This document shows, in pieces, positions 33,089 through 39,989 of a stretch of DNA of 42,447 nt. The notes beneath the pieces are model-generated. The model was not told the origin of the DNA. It saw only the letters and a program-made list of their open reading frames with translations, and did not search any database. Position 1 is the first letter of the stretch. Every line of letters begins with the position of its first letter. Both the position numbers and the translations under genes were made by a program. Source of the DNA: a virus; the IMG/VR virus record IMGVR_UViG_3300045988_116402. One strand, written 5' to 3'.

Positions 33089-33327
33089 CACTCACCCACC
33101 TTTACAATAATGTTGTTGTGCTGTTTACGCTCTCTGCTTAACTCTCGTTTAAGTCTTTCACAAGCCCATTTTTCAGACACAAGCTCCATCAGAAGGAGCA
33201 ACACACCAAAGCCTATGTACGCTATGCCGCCGTTATCATCGCTATATATAAGTCCTGCACCTATCGCCATCCAGAAAGCTGCATTACCGATAATAAACAA
33301 CAGCTCATTATCCTTTTTGAGTTTCAT
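33088..33327 (-). CDS. Small membrane protein (2 TM helices)
   Basis: 79 aa with hydrophobic segments LLFIIGNAAFWMAIGAGLIY and IAYIGFGVLLLLMELV. Confidence 0.5.
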   Translation of the reverse strand: MKLKKDNELLFIIGNAAFWMAIGAGLIYSDDNGGIAYIGFGVLLLLMELVSEKWACERLKRELSRERKQHNNIIVKVGE

Positions 33328-33505
33328 ATATCTTCACCTCTTCCACCTCACCATCAAGGGCCGCATTTGCCAGTATGACGATTTTTATTTTCAGCGAATC
33401 TGGCAGCTCTCTATCCGATATGCTGTCAAGCACTGCCATACAAAAGCAGGCTATAACACCTGCCGCATCTTCTTTGCTTTTTAACATTGCTTCATAAGCT
33501 GTCAT
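33308..33505 (-). CDS. Hypothetical protein (65 aa)
   Basis: Start moved to the ATG after the GAGGAGGAAAAACA RBS (MTAYEAMLKSKED...). Confidence 0.45.
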   Translation of the reverse strand: MTAYEAMLKSKEDAAGVIACFCMAVLDSISDRELPDSLKIKIVILANAALDGEVEEVKIYETQKG

Positions 33506-33698
33506 TGTTTTTCCTCCTCTCAAAATCATTACAACTATCATCTGGTTTTCTTCTCTTAAGCTTTGGGTAATCACAATGCCCTTCACCTATCGCCATGAAC
33601 ACCTTATCATGGTTTACTAATACATAATGCTGATGATAATGTGTGCAGTTGACACATGATGTTGCTGTGGTCATTAGTAGGTATCTTTGCCAGTCCAT
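33492..33698 (-). CDS. Small Cys/His-rich protein, first gene after the second switch promoter
   Basis: 68 aa (CVNCTHYHQH...GEGHCDYP...C) with an AAAGGAGG RBS. Confidence 0.5.
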   Translation of the reverse strand: MDWQRYLLMTTATSCVNCTHYHQHYVLVNHDKVFMAIGEGHCDYPKLKRRKPDDSCNDFERRKNNDSL

Positions 33699-33722
33699 GT
33701 TTCAGCCTCCTTTGTTATCTAT

Positions 33723-33768
33723 ATGCTAACATTCGTTAGTAGATATGTCAATAACAAAATGATACAAT
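33723..33768. promoter_or_regulatory. Back-to-back divergent promoters with CTAAC-N4-GTTAG operator
   Basis: Minus strand: TTGACA (33751-33746), 17 nt, TAGCAT (33728-33723), with the palindrome ctaacattcgttag inside the spacer. Plus strand: extended -10 TGaTACAAT (33760-33768). A second half-site CTAACGAAT lies just downstream. Confidence 0.5.
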
Positions 33769-33801
33769 GTGCTAACGAATATTATTAATGGAGGTATCAC
33801 T

Positions 33802-33981
33802 ATGGCAGTTATCAAAATTCAAACTGGATTAAGGCTTGATGAAACTACTTATACCAAACTCAAATACTTAGCATCTAAAGAAAACCGTTCTATAAATAAT
33901 CTTGCCGAATATGTATTGAAGAAATATATCGAAGATTATGAGATGCTTAATGGTTCTATTCCTTATAGTCTTGAGGAATAA
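33802..33981 (+). CDS. Arc/Mnt-like ribbon-helix-helix protein (59 aa), lysogeny-direction strand
   Basis: Start at the ATG after the GGAGGT RBS. MAVIKIQTGLRLDETTYTKLKYLASKENRSINNLAEYVLKKYI fits an RHH layout. Confidence 0.6.
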   Translation: MAVIKIQTGLRLDETTYTKLKYLASKENRSINNLAEYVLKKYIEDYEMLNGSIPYSLEE

Positions 33982-34135
33982 CACCTTTTTCAATAAGCTT
34001 GATGCCGATGTATATAAGCATTAGAATAAGCTGATTTACAGATACACCAATTTCCTTTGCTCTCTCTTGCAGGTCTGCATGTAGTTCTTCTGGCACTCGC
34101 AGACCTGTTTGTATTTTATATTCTTTAGGGTTCAT
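33956..34135 (-). CDS. Arc/Mnt-like ribbon-helix-helix protein (59 aa), convergent with and overlapping 33802..33981 by 26 bp
   Basis: Manual translation MNPKEYKIQTGLRVPEELHADLQERAKEIGVSVNQLILMLIYIGIKLIEKGVIPQDYKE. Shares the IQTGLR strand motif with the plus-strand paralogue. One residue below the track cut-off. Confidence 0.55.
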   Translation of the reverse strand: MNPKEYKIQTGLRVPEELHADLQERAKEIGVSVNQLILMLIYIGIKLIEKGVIPQDYKE

Positions 34136-34163
34136 TCCTTCACTTCCTCATATACTTTCATTT

Positions 34164-34265
34164 TTATCCTCCTATTAACTTTATTACGCTGCCTATCACG
34201 TAGCCGATGAACCATGCTACTACTGCCCACAGCATAAGGAGTATTATTATTGCTGTCTTTTTCAA
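34164..34265 (-). CDS. Possible 33-aa hydrophobic peptide (TTG start)
   Basis: Manual translation (L/M)KKTAIIILLMLWAVVAWFIGYVIGSVIKLIGG. An AGGAAAGGAA sequence lies upstream. Speculative. Confidence 0.2.
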   Translation of the reverse strand: MKKTAIIILLMLWAVVAWFIGYVIGSVIKLIGG

Positions 34266-34531
34266 TGCTGTTCCTTTCCTGCAAACCTGCTCGCCAGTTC
34301 TCCGGCAACATCTGTTACAAGCTTGCTATAATCAATATTTACTGTCGGTGGTGGCTCATAGCCATCAATCTTAATGCCTAAGTATTCATATACTTTAGGC
34401 GGTAACAGGCAATAACTTTTCTTGTCTGTGCCGAGTGTTACGGCTATTGGTAACTTTCCGCTTTTTATTAAGTTCCTTAAATTCTCTGCCGAGTAGCCTG
34501 TTATTTTTGCTAATTCGGGTATACTTGTCAT
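34262..34531 (-). CDS. HTH DNA-binding protein (excisionase/AlpA-like)
   Basis: 89 aa. IPELAKITGYSAENLRNLIKSGKLP is HTH_17-like. Confidence 0.45.
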   Translation of the reverse strand: MTSIPELAKITGYSAENLRNLIKSGKLPIAVTLGTDKKSYCLLPPKVYEYLGIKIDGYEPPPTVNIDYSKLVTDVAGELASRFAGKEQH

Positions 34532-34545
34532 TCAATCACTCCCTT

Positions 34546-34749
34546 TTAACACCCCAGATGATTTACAATATCCCTTATCATTGCCGTTCCGCTGTCCATA
34601 GCTACGTTAATTTTTCTTTTGCCACCTGCAAAAACGGCTGTTACAACTTCAAGCGTTGGGTCGTAGTCCAGACTTACTAAATCGTAAGCATCTCTTGTAA
34701 GCTGTAATACTTTGCAAAGCTCGTTACAAATTTCGGTTTTGTTTTCCAT
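34546..34749 (-). CDS. Hypothetical protein
   Basis: 67-aa ORF with a GGGAGGGAAAACAA RBS. Confidence 0.5.
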   Translation of the reverse strand: MENKTEICNELCKVLQLTRDAYDLVSLDYDPTLEVVTAVFAGGKRKINVAMDSGTAMIRDIVNHLGC

Positions 34750-34764
34750 TTGTTTTCCCTCCCA

Positions 34765-34793
34765 TTGTGCTTACCTTCTTCCTTGTGTATACT
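34765..34793 (+). promoter_or_regulatory. Promoter for plus-strand gene 34842..35063 (TTGTGC-17 bp-TATACT)
   Basis: Hexamers at 34765-70 and 34788-93 with a 17-nt spacer. Confidence 0.45.
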
Positions 34794-34841
34794 TAATTAG
34801 CAGGTGTCCATACGCCGAGTAACCAAGAAAGGAGGATATAT

Positions 34842-35063
34842 ATGAAAAAATTGAATTTAAGTCGTGAACAAATTGTCACCGAGTTTGCTAAAATACAGTA
34901 TCAAAACTATTTATCTAATCTGCCATTTGATATAGATAGTGCTTTCGATAACAGCAATGCACTTTTTGATGTGTATTTAAAATTCTTAAATCAAGCAAAT
35001 ACTCTATATGACAGCTATAAGCCTTACTTAGAGGACTTTGTTTCCGATACTATCATCAACTAA
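34842..35063 (+). CDS. Hypothetical protein on the lysogeny-direction strand, embedded antisense in the early region
   Basis: 73-aa ORF with an AAGGAGGA RBS. Its 3' end overlaps the convergent gene 35028..35219 by 36 bp. Confidence 0.55.
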   Translation: MKKLNLSREQIVTEFAKIQYQNYLSNLPFDIDSAFDNSNALFDVYLKFLNQANTLYDSYKPYLEDFVSDTIIN

Positions 35064-35219
35064 TTTTTTTAACTTACTTATAACAACGCCCATTTCGTTA
35101 TAAGTAAGCCCTGCCGATACTGCCATTTCATACATTGCTTTGACAGTATCGGTTATTTTTTCAGTTGGATTAATCGTTAGACTTAATATAGTTTCTCTTT
35201 CCAACCCTTCCACCTCCAT
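35028..35219 (-). CDS. Hypothetical early protein
   Basis: 63-aa ORF, TGATG-coupled to the upstream small ORF. Confidence 0.5.
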   Translation of the reverse strand: MEVEGLERETILSLTINPTEKITDTVKAMYEMAVSAGLTYNEMGVVISKLKKLVDDSIGNKVL

Positions 35220-35362
35220 CAGCTCGCCTCCTTATTTTCGTTCGCTCTTGCTATGTACAACATTCCCTGAGCAAACGCTAAAAATCTTTCCTTTTCGGAT
35301 TTTGATAATAACGGTAATGTTTCTTTAACTGTTGCCATTACTTCTTTTTCATCTTTCTTCAT
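35219..35362 (-). CDS. Small early protein (47 aa)
   Basis: Manual translation MKKDEKEVMATVKETLPLLSKSEKERFLAFAQGMLYIARANENKEAS. GGTGAAAATAA lies upstream. Confidence 0.35.
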   Translation of the reverse strand: MKKDEKEVMATVKETLPLLSKSEKERFLAFAQGMLYIARANENKEAS

Positions 35363-35378
35363 TTATTTTCACCTCGCT

Positions 35379-35591
35379 TTACATTAGCAGTAAGCATATA
35401 TTCGCTATGTTCACAGCACAACTTAGAGTTAAAACTATCCGAAGTTCAAACAGCTGTTTTTCTAAAAGATTGTTCTTGTGTTCAAGCTCCTCTATTTCCT
35501 TATTGGTGTGATTGAGAACTCTTTCAACAATAGGAATTTTAAGTGCTTCTACATCTTCTTCTAACTGCTGATAAAAGAAGTCTTTACTCAT
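35379..35591 (-). CDS. First early gene: coiled-coil protein with a hydrophobic C-terminus
   Basis: 70-aa ORF with a GAGGTGAAAAGA RBS, directly downstream of the consensus early promoter. Confidence 0.5.
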   Translation of the reverse strand: MSKDFFYQQLEEDVEALKIPIVERVLNHTNKEIEELEHKNNLLEKQLFELRIVLTLSCAVNIANICLLLM

Positions 35592-35623
35592 CTTTTCACC
35601 TCGTTTCTGTTGTTTATATGGCT

Positions 35624-35652
35624 ATTATATACTCTTTAATAGCATTTGTCAA
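35624..35652 (-). promoter_or_regulatory. Early lytic promoter, perfect consensus TTGACA-17 bp-TATAAT
   Basis: Minus strand has TTGACA (35652-35647), a 17-nt spacer and TATAAT (35629-35624). Confidence 0.75.
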
Positions 35653-35683
35653 TATGTTTTGTTGTTTTAATGGCAATTATCTA

Positions 35684-35712
35684 TTGATTTTTGTTTCATG
35701 ATGATATACAAT
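35684..35712 (+). promoter_or_regulatory. Repressor (maintenance) promoter TTGATT-17 bp-TACAAT
   Basis: Hexamers at 35684-89 and 35707-12. The promoter sits inside the 5' part of the track ORF, which argues for the downstream TTG start. Confidence 0.55.
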
Positions 35713-35739
35713 ATAAATAAGAAAAGAGGTGATGCTAAA

Positions 35740-36123
35740 TTGAAGGACAGATTAAAACAATTAAGAAAAACATTAGGCTTAACTCAACAGGCATTTGCTG
35801 ATAAATTGGGAGTAAAACGTAATACAGTCGGACAATGGGAATGTGGTATAAATCCCTTAACTGATCAGACAATTTTCTCTATTTGTCGTGAATTTGATGT
35901 AAACAAAGAGTGGCTTTGCACCGGAGAGGGCGAAATGTTTGTTATTAGAAGCGATGAGGAGGAGATAGCTGCATTTTTAGGTGATGTACTTTCCGAGGAA
36001 GGCGAAACATACAAAAAACAGCTTATTCTGGCTCTTGCAAATTTAAGTGATGAAGGTTGGAGAGGTATAAAAGAGTTTCTTGATGCACTTATTGCAGAAA
36101 AAAAGGAAAGAGGAGAGCTTTAA
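35740..36123 (+). CDS. CI-like repressor (XRE-family HTH)
   Basis: A TTG start at 35740 follows an AAAGAGGTGA RBS and gives (M)KDRLKQLRKTLGLTQQAFADKLGVKRNTVGQWECG, a canonical XRE HTH. Divergent from the early promoter. Confidence 0.8.
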   Translation: MKDRLKQLRKTLGLTQQAFADKLGVKRNTVGQWECGINPLTDQTIFSICREFDVNKEWLCTGEGEMFVIRSDEEEIAAFLGDVLSEEGETYKKQLILALANLSDEGWRGIKEFLDALIAEKKERGEL

Positions 36124-36230
36124 CGCTCCCCTCTTACAATATTTAAGTGAATTATAAATATGTACACAATTCGTAATTGTTTTTCGCTAAGGTCTTTTAG
36201 TTGCTTCTTAATCATTTGCTTGTAATCCAT
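36120..36230 (-). CDS. Possible 36-aa peptide convergent with the repressor gene
   Basis: Manual translation MDYKQMIKKQLKDLSEKQLRIVYIFIIHLNIVRGER with a GGGGAG RBS. Speculative. Confidence 0.2.
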   Translation of the reverse strand: MDYKQMIKKQLKDLSEKQLRIVYIFIIHLNIVRGER

Positions 36231-36499
36231 AATCAACTCCCCTTTGCATTTTTAGTAATATTTAGGCGTTTTTAGGTACTATTACTATTGACAACTTTTT
36301 GTGTTGTTCGTACTATTAATTTATAAAATCTTTACTTATTTAATGGGTTTGTATTGACTTTGTACTGTATTGGATTTACAATCTATTTATAGAAAATATT
36401 GGTAAGTTGATTACATTATATTACCTTATTTTTACATTGTCAACTATTATGAGATTTTAAATGTCGTTTATATTATTATTTTGTTTGAAGAGGTATTTT

Positions 36500-36952
36500 A
36501 TGGCTAATAAAAAACTTAACATTAAAAGTGTACTTATATCTATTTTAATCAGTTTATTATTAACATTCCTTTATCAGTTTATATTTGGTTTAATATGGGG
36601 CGTTTTGATTTTTCCGGTTTTTATGATGATTATTACTTATCATATTCCGTTAATTTTTTACTTTTTGATAGTACCTTTATTATCATTTTTGGTGTTAAAA
36701 GTTGGAGTGTTTTTACCTATAAAACTAATTTATCATATAACATATTCAATAGTAGAGAATATGGATAATACTCTTGGAACTTTACATAAAATAAATATAT
36801 TTAACATTATACTGTCAGCAATTTTGATTATATGGCAACTGTTTTTATTATATATAGTATCATTAAATCCTTTTGTTATTAGTTGCCTTATTGCTGCATT
36901 ATTCGAATTTGTAATTGCAATAATATCTTTACGCACAAACCGTATACAGTAA
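36500..36952 (+). CDS. Polytopic membrane protein in the lysogeny module (superinfection-exclusion/abortive-infection candidate)
   Basis: About 150 aa with 4-5 hydrophobic helices, visibly AT-rich, located between the repressor and integrase. The ATG at 36500 follows GAAGAGGT. Confidence 0.55.
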   Translation: MANKKLNIKSVLISILISLLLTFLYQFIFGLIWGVLIFPVFMMIITYHIPLIFYFLIVPLLSFLVLKVGVFLPIKLIYHITYSIVENMDNTLGTLHKINIFNIILSAILIIWQLFLLYIVSLNPFVISCLIAALFEFVIAIISLRTNRIQ

Positions 36953-37135
36953 CATTAACCATACTGCCAACCTCGGCAATATGGTCACAAAATAAAAAAA
37001 TCCTCCTGTATTAGCAGTACAGAAGGATTAAGGAATAGCGGTTATGTGAAACCACTACTACAAAGAACACATTTAGTATATCACATGACCGCTTTAATTT
37101 CTACTCTTTTTTTAGAATTAAGGAGGTCTTTTTTT

Positions 37136-38155
37136 ATGAAGCGATTACCTAACGGAATGGGTGCTGTTGTAAACCTTGGAAACGGCAGACGTAAACCATA
37201 TGCCGCTCGTATTAGAGCCGGAATAAGTGCGAAAGGAGGAACTATATATAAATACCTCGGATATTATTCGACCAAACAGGAGGCTTTACAGGCTTTAACG
37301 GACTATAACAAAAATCCGTATGATGTTACAGCCGCAGAAGCTACCGTTGCGGATATGTGGGAAGTATTTAAACAAAGAAGATTTAAGGAAATATCAAAGA
37401 GCGGATGCAATATATATACTGCTGCGTATAAGCATTTAAAGCCGTTGCATAACACTCCTATAAAGGACATAAAAACATATCAGATACAAAGCCTGATTGA
37501 CAACTTAGATAGAAGCTGGCAGTCAAAGAGCCATGTTCAAACCTTGATGAACCAACTCTTCAACATTGCAATGGAACTTGATATTGCAACAAAAAACTAT
37601 GCAACATTTGTCAAGATTGGAGAGAAACCGCAATCAACTAAACATAAGATGTTTACACAGGAAGAAATAGACAGGCTGTTTAAAGCTGTGTTTGCGGAAG
37701 AGTTTGCTGATACGGTGTTAATACTTATTTATACCGGAATGCGACCTTCTGAATTGCTTAACGTGCGTATATCTGATGTTCATATTGAGGACAGATACAT
37801 GGTCGGAGGAATGAAAACCAAAGCCGGCAAAGATAGAGTAATACCGATCAACGACAAGGTATATCCTTTTATTCTTAAGAGATACAATACCGACAACAAT
37901 TTTTTGATTGAGCATAACGGTCTTGGTGTTTCTTATCCACAATATAAAAAGGCTTTTTTAGAGCTTATGGCAAGACTGGAAATGGAACATTTTCCCCATG
38001 ATGGCAGACATACGTTTGCTTCACTCGCCAATACCGCAGGAGTAAATGAAACCGCCGTCAAGCTAATAATGGGACATACTTCACAGGATATTACCGAGAG
38101 AGTATACACTCACAAAGCAATCTCCGAATTGTTGACAGCGGTTAATCAAATTTAA
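37136..38155 (+). CDS. int: Tyrosine recombinase (phage integrase)
   Basis: Start at the ATG after the AAGGAGG RBS. Catalytic-region motifs YTGMRPSEL, HDGRHTFAS and GHTSQDITERVYTH (R...HxxR...H...Y). The N-terminus is arm-binding-type. Confidence 0.9.
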   Translation: MKRLPNGMGAVVNLGNGRRKPYAARIRAGISAKGGTIYKYLGYYSTKQEALQALTDYNKNPYDVTAAEATVADMWEVFKQRRFKEISKSGCNIYTAAYKHLKPLHNTPIKDIKTYQIQSLIDNLDRSWQSKSHVQTLMNQLFNIAMELDIATKNYATFVKIGEKPQSTKHKMFTQEEIDRLFKAVFAEEFADTVLILIYTGMRPSELLNVRISDVHIEDRYMVGGMKTKAGKDRVIPINDKVYPFILKRYNTDNNFLIEHNGLGVSYPQYKKAFLELMARLEMEHFPHDGRHTFASLANTAGVNETAVKLIMGHTSQDITERVYTHKAISELLTAVNQI

Positions 38156-38181
38156 TATTTCAAACTTTTTGTTTTATGATG

Positions 38182-38394
38182 TGTATATTGTTTGTATATA
38201 TTTTAAGCCGTTTTAAACCGTTTAAAAGATTGCTGCGACCTTATGAAATGTGTATTCCATAAGGTTCGTTGTTGTATAGTACAATAGTTTCCTTAATAAA
38301 AATTTAATAAATTAAATTTTCACAAATCTCGAAAAACCTTGATTTTACTGGCTTTCACGTTTTGTAAAATTAATTTTGTATATTATTTGTATAT
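38182..38394. other. attP region: two 18-bp arm-type direct repeats flanking an 8-bp-stem inverted repeat (candidate core)
   Basis: tgtatattgtttgtatat (38182-38199) and tgtatattatttgtatat (38377-38394) differ at one base. Between them lies ACCTTATG-13 nt-CATAAGGT at about 38233-38263. The region is noncoding, AT-rich and directly downstream of int. Confidence 0.5.
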
Positions 38395-38459
38395 CTTTTT
38401 TCAATTTTAAGTTTTTGAAAAAATGATATTTTATTTATTAATTGCGGTCATGTGATATT

Positions 38460-38487
38460 AAAACAGCCCCCGAAGGAGCTGTTTTTT
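38460..38487 (-). terminator. Terminator ending the late operon (UUCG-tetraloop hairpin on the minus strand; also T-run on the plus strand)
   Basis: Minus-strand RNA CAGCUCC-UUCG-GGGGCUG followed by UUUU. The plus strand has the same hairpin with one C.A mismatch followed by TTTTTT. Confidence 0.65.
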
Positions 38488-38926
38488 ATTTACACACTAT
38501 ATATTCATAATATAGTGATGTTTTATTTTTAACTGCATCTTTATCATATAACCATGCTTCTGTCATGTCCGCCCATGCGTTCGGTGTATCACCTACACCG
38601 TATTTCTCTAATGCCGCTGAATAATCAGAATACAGCATATTCATTACCGCATAATATAACGCAGTAGATACATCTGTTATTCCTCTTGCGTTTTTGACAT
38701 TTTCGATTTCGTCCATGCTCCAATGCTCTCCGGTTGTGCCATCTGAGTTCTTCATGTGATGAACCCACTTTTCGGCAAGTTCCGGTGTCATTTTAATATA
38801 ATGGTCTGTTTTTTCGTCTTTCAGATTTTTATAAATCTCCGATAAATAAAACAGTTCTTCAATATCTTTTAAACAAAAGTGGTCTTTTTCTAAAATCTCA
38901 TTGATTTCGTGTTTAATTCTGTTCAT
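38486..38926 (-). CDS. Hypothetical cargo protein (146 aa), last gene before attP
   Basis: The ORF carries WVHHMKNSDGTTGEHWSMDEI and MNMLYSDY motifs that I recall from uncharacterised Clostridia proteins. No function known. Confidence 0.5.
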   Translation of the reverse strand: MNRIKHEINEILEKDHFCLKDIEELFYLSEIYKNLKDEKTDHYIKMTPELAEKWVHHMKNSDGTTGEHWSMDEIENVKNARGITDVSTALYYAVMNMLYSDYSAALEKYGVGDTPNAWADMTEAWLYDKDAVKNKTSLYYEYIVCK

Positions 38927-39278
38927 CAGTTACAGCCCCCTTTATTATATAATCATGCAATAAATCAATATCATTTTTGTTAAATGCGACATTGCCGATT
39001 ATAGGTATCTTAGCCTTAAAGCCTTCTTCCGGCATCTTCTCTTTCATTATATCGAGTAACATTTCTATTTCTACGTTATCACCGTCTATGATACCCAGCA
39101 TATTTATAAATGCGTTATCTTCTGCTTTTTTAATGGTGTTTGATAATAATTTTATTGCACACGCACTAACTACTGATACACCATATTTTTTTACTTGTGT
39201 TTCGTCCTTTAGCTGTGGAAATATTTCGTTATCAATATATAATGCTATTCCTTGTTCTACCTGCTTAATTTTTACCAT
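38913..39278 (-). CDS. Hypothetical cargo protein (121 aa)
   Basis: ORF with a GGAGGTATAA RBS. It overlaps the next gene by 14 nt. Confidence 0.5.
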   Translation of the reverse strand: MVKIKQVEQGIALYIDNEIFPQLKDETQVKKYGVSVVSACAIKLLSNTIKKAEDNAFINMLGIIDGDNVEIEMLLDIMKEKMPEEGFKAKIPIIGNVAFNKNDIDLLHDYIIKGAVTDEQN

Positions 39279-39329
39279 GATTATACCTCCTAAAAAAGAG
39301 GGGCTAAATGCCCCTCTTTAGTGTAGACC

Positions 39330-39890
39330 TCAACAGCAACATTCAGCTGGAAGAGGGTTATATGTTTTCTGTGCAGTTGTTGTTGTGCCTGTTGTAACAT
39401 CTGCAACCATCTTAGGATAAAATGTTGCATTGACGTATGTAACAATCGAATTATCCGCACACTGTCTTTCCTTCTTTTCGCAAGCAAGTCTTTCAGAAAG
39501 CATTGAAAAACTATCCTTTGTAGCCTGATTCTGTACAGCCTGCTGACAAATAGCTGAATTGATTGATTTAACCTGTCCATCAAAATACTGGTACATTTCA
39601 AGCAGTTTCTTGTCTGTGTAGGTATTTGCATCTCTAAGCTTTACTTCATTGTTTAGAGCCGCAATTTCAAGGTCTTTCTGCTGGATCTGCTTTGCGTTTT
39701 CAAGCTGTAAATCAAACTCATAACGGTTTACAAAATGATCTTCACTACAACACGCCTGTGCCGGAGCTACTCCGCCGCCAAGTCTACTAAGTATGTCAAG
39801 ACCTGCAAGCGATAAACCTGTTATGCCTGTTGCTAAGCCTGCCTTTGCTACTCCAGAACTTCTTTTTGTTGTTTCCTCTACAAGTGCCAT
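39330..39890 (-). CDS. Membrane-anchored coiled-coil protein with Cys-rich ends (CC...CCC)
   Basis: 186 aa. Hydrophobic AGLATGITGLSLAGLDIL, then ACCSEDHFVNRYE, a coiled coil, and the C-terminus PAECCC. AAAGGAGGAA RBS. Confidence 0.55.
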   Translation of the reverse strand: MALVEETTKRSSGVAKAGLATGITGLSLAGLDILSRLGGGVAPAQACCSEDHFVNRYEFDLQLENAKQIQQKDLEIAALNNEVKLRDANTYTDKKLLEMYQYFDGQVKSINSAICQQAVQNQATKDSFSMLSERLACEKKERQCADNSIVTYVNATFYPKMVADVTTGTTTTAQKTYNPLPAECCC

Positions 39891-39989
39891 ACTACATTCC
39901 TCCTTTAAGATTAATAGCAGAAACCAAGTAATTGATACAACACTCGGTTTCCATTTACTGGTTACTTACAGTATAGAATACTATCTACC

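Noticed and set aside
38233-38263. tRNA fragment at attP
   Set aside because: It is only a single 8-bp hairpin with a 13-nt loop. There is no T-arm GGTTCGA-type box, acceptor stem or CCA context.
38933-38939. Second CUGAUGA hammerhead core on the minus strand
   Set aside because: It falls in the stop/start overlap of two genes. The flanks cannot form stems I-III, and no correctly spaced GAAA follows a stem II.
39290-39631. 113-aa minus-strand track ORF overlapping 39330..39890
   Set aside because: It is in an alternative frame of the better-supported 186-aa gene, which has a strong RBS and coherent TM/coiled-coil features. It has no RBS and an odd composition.
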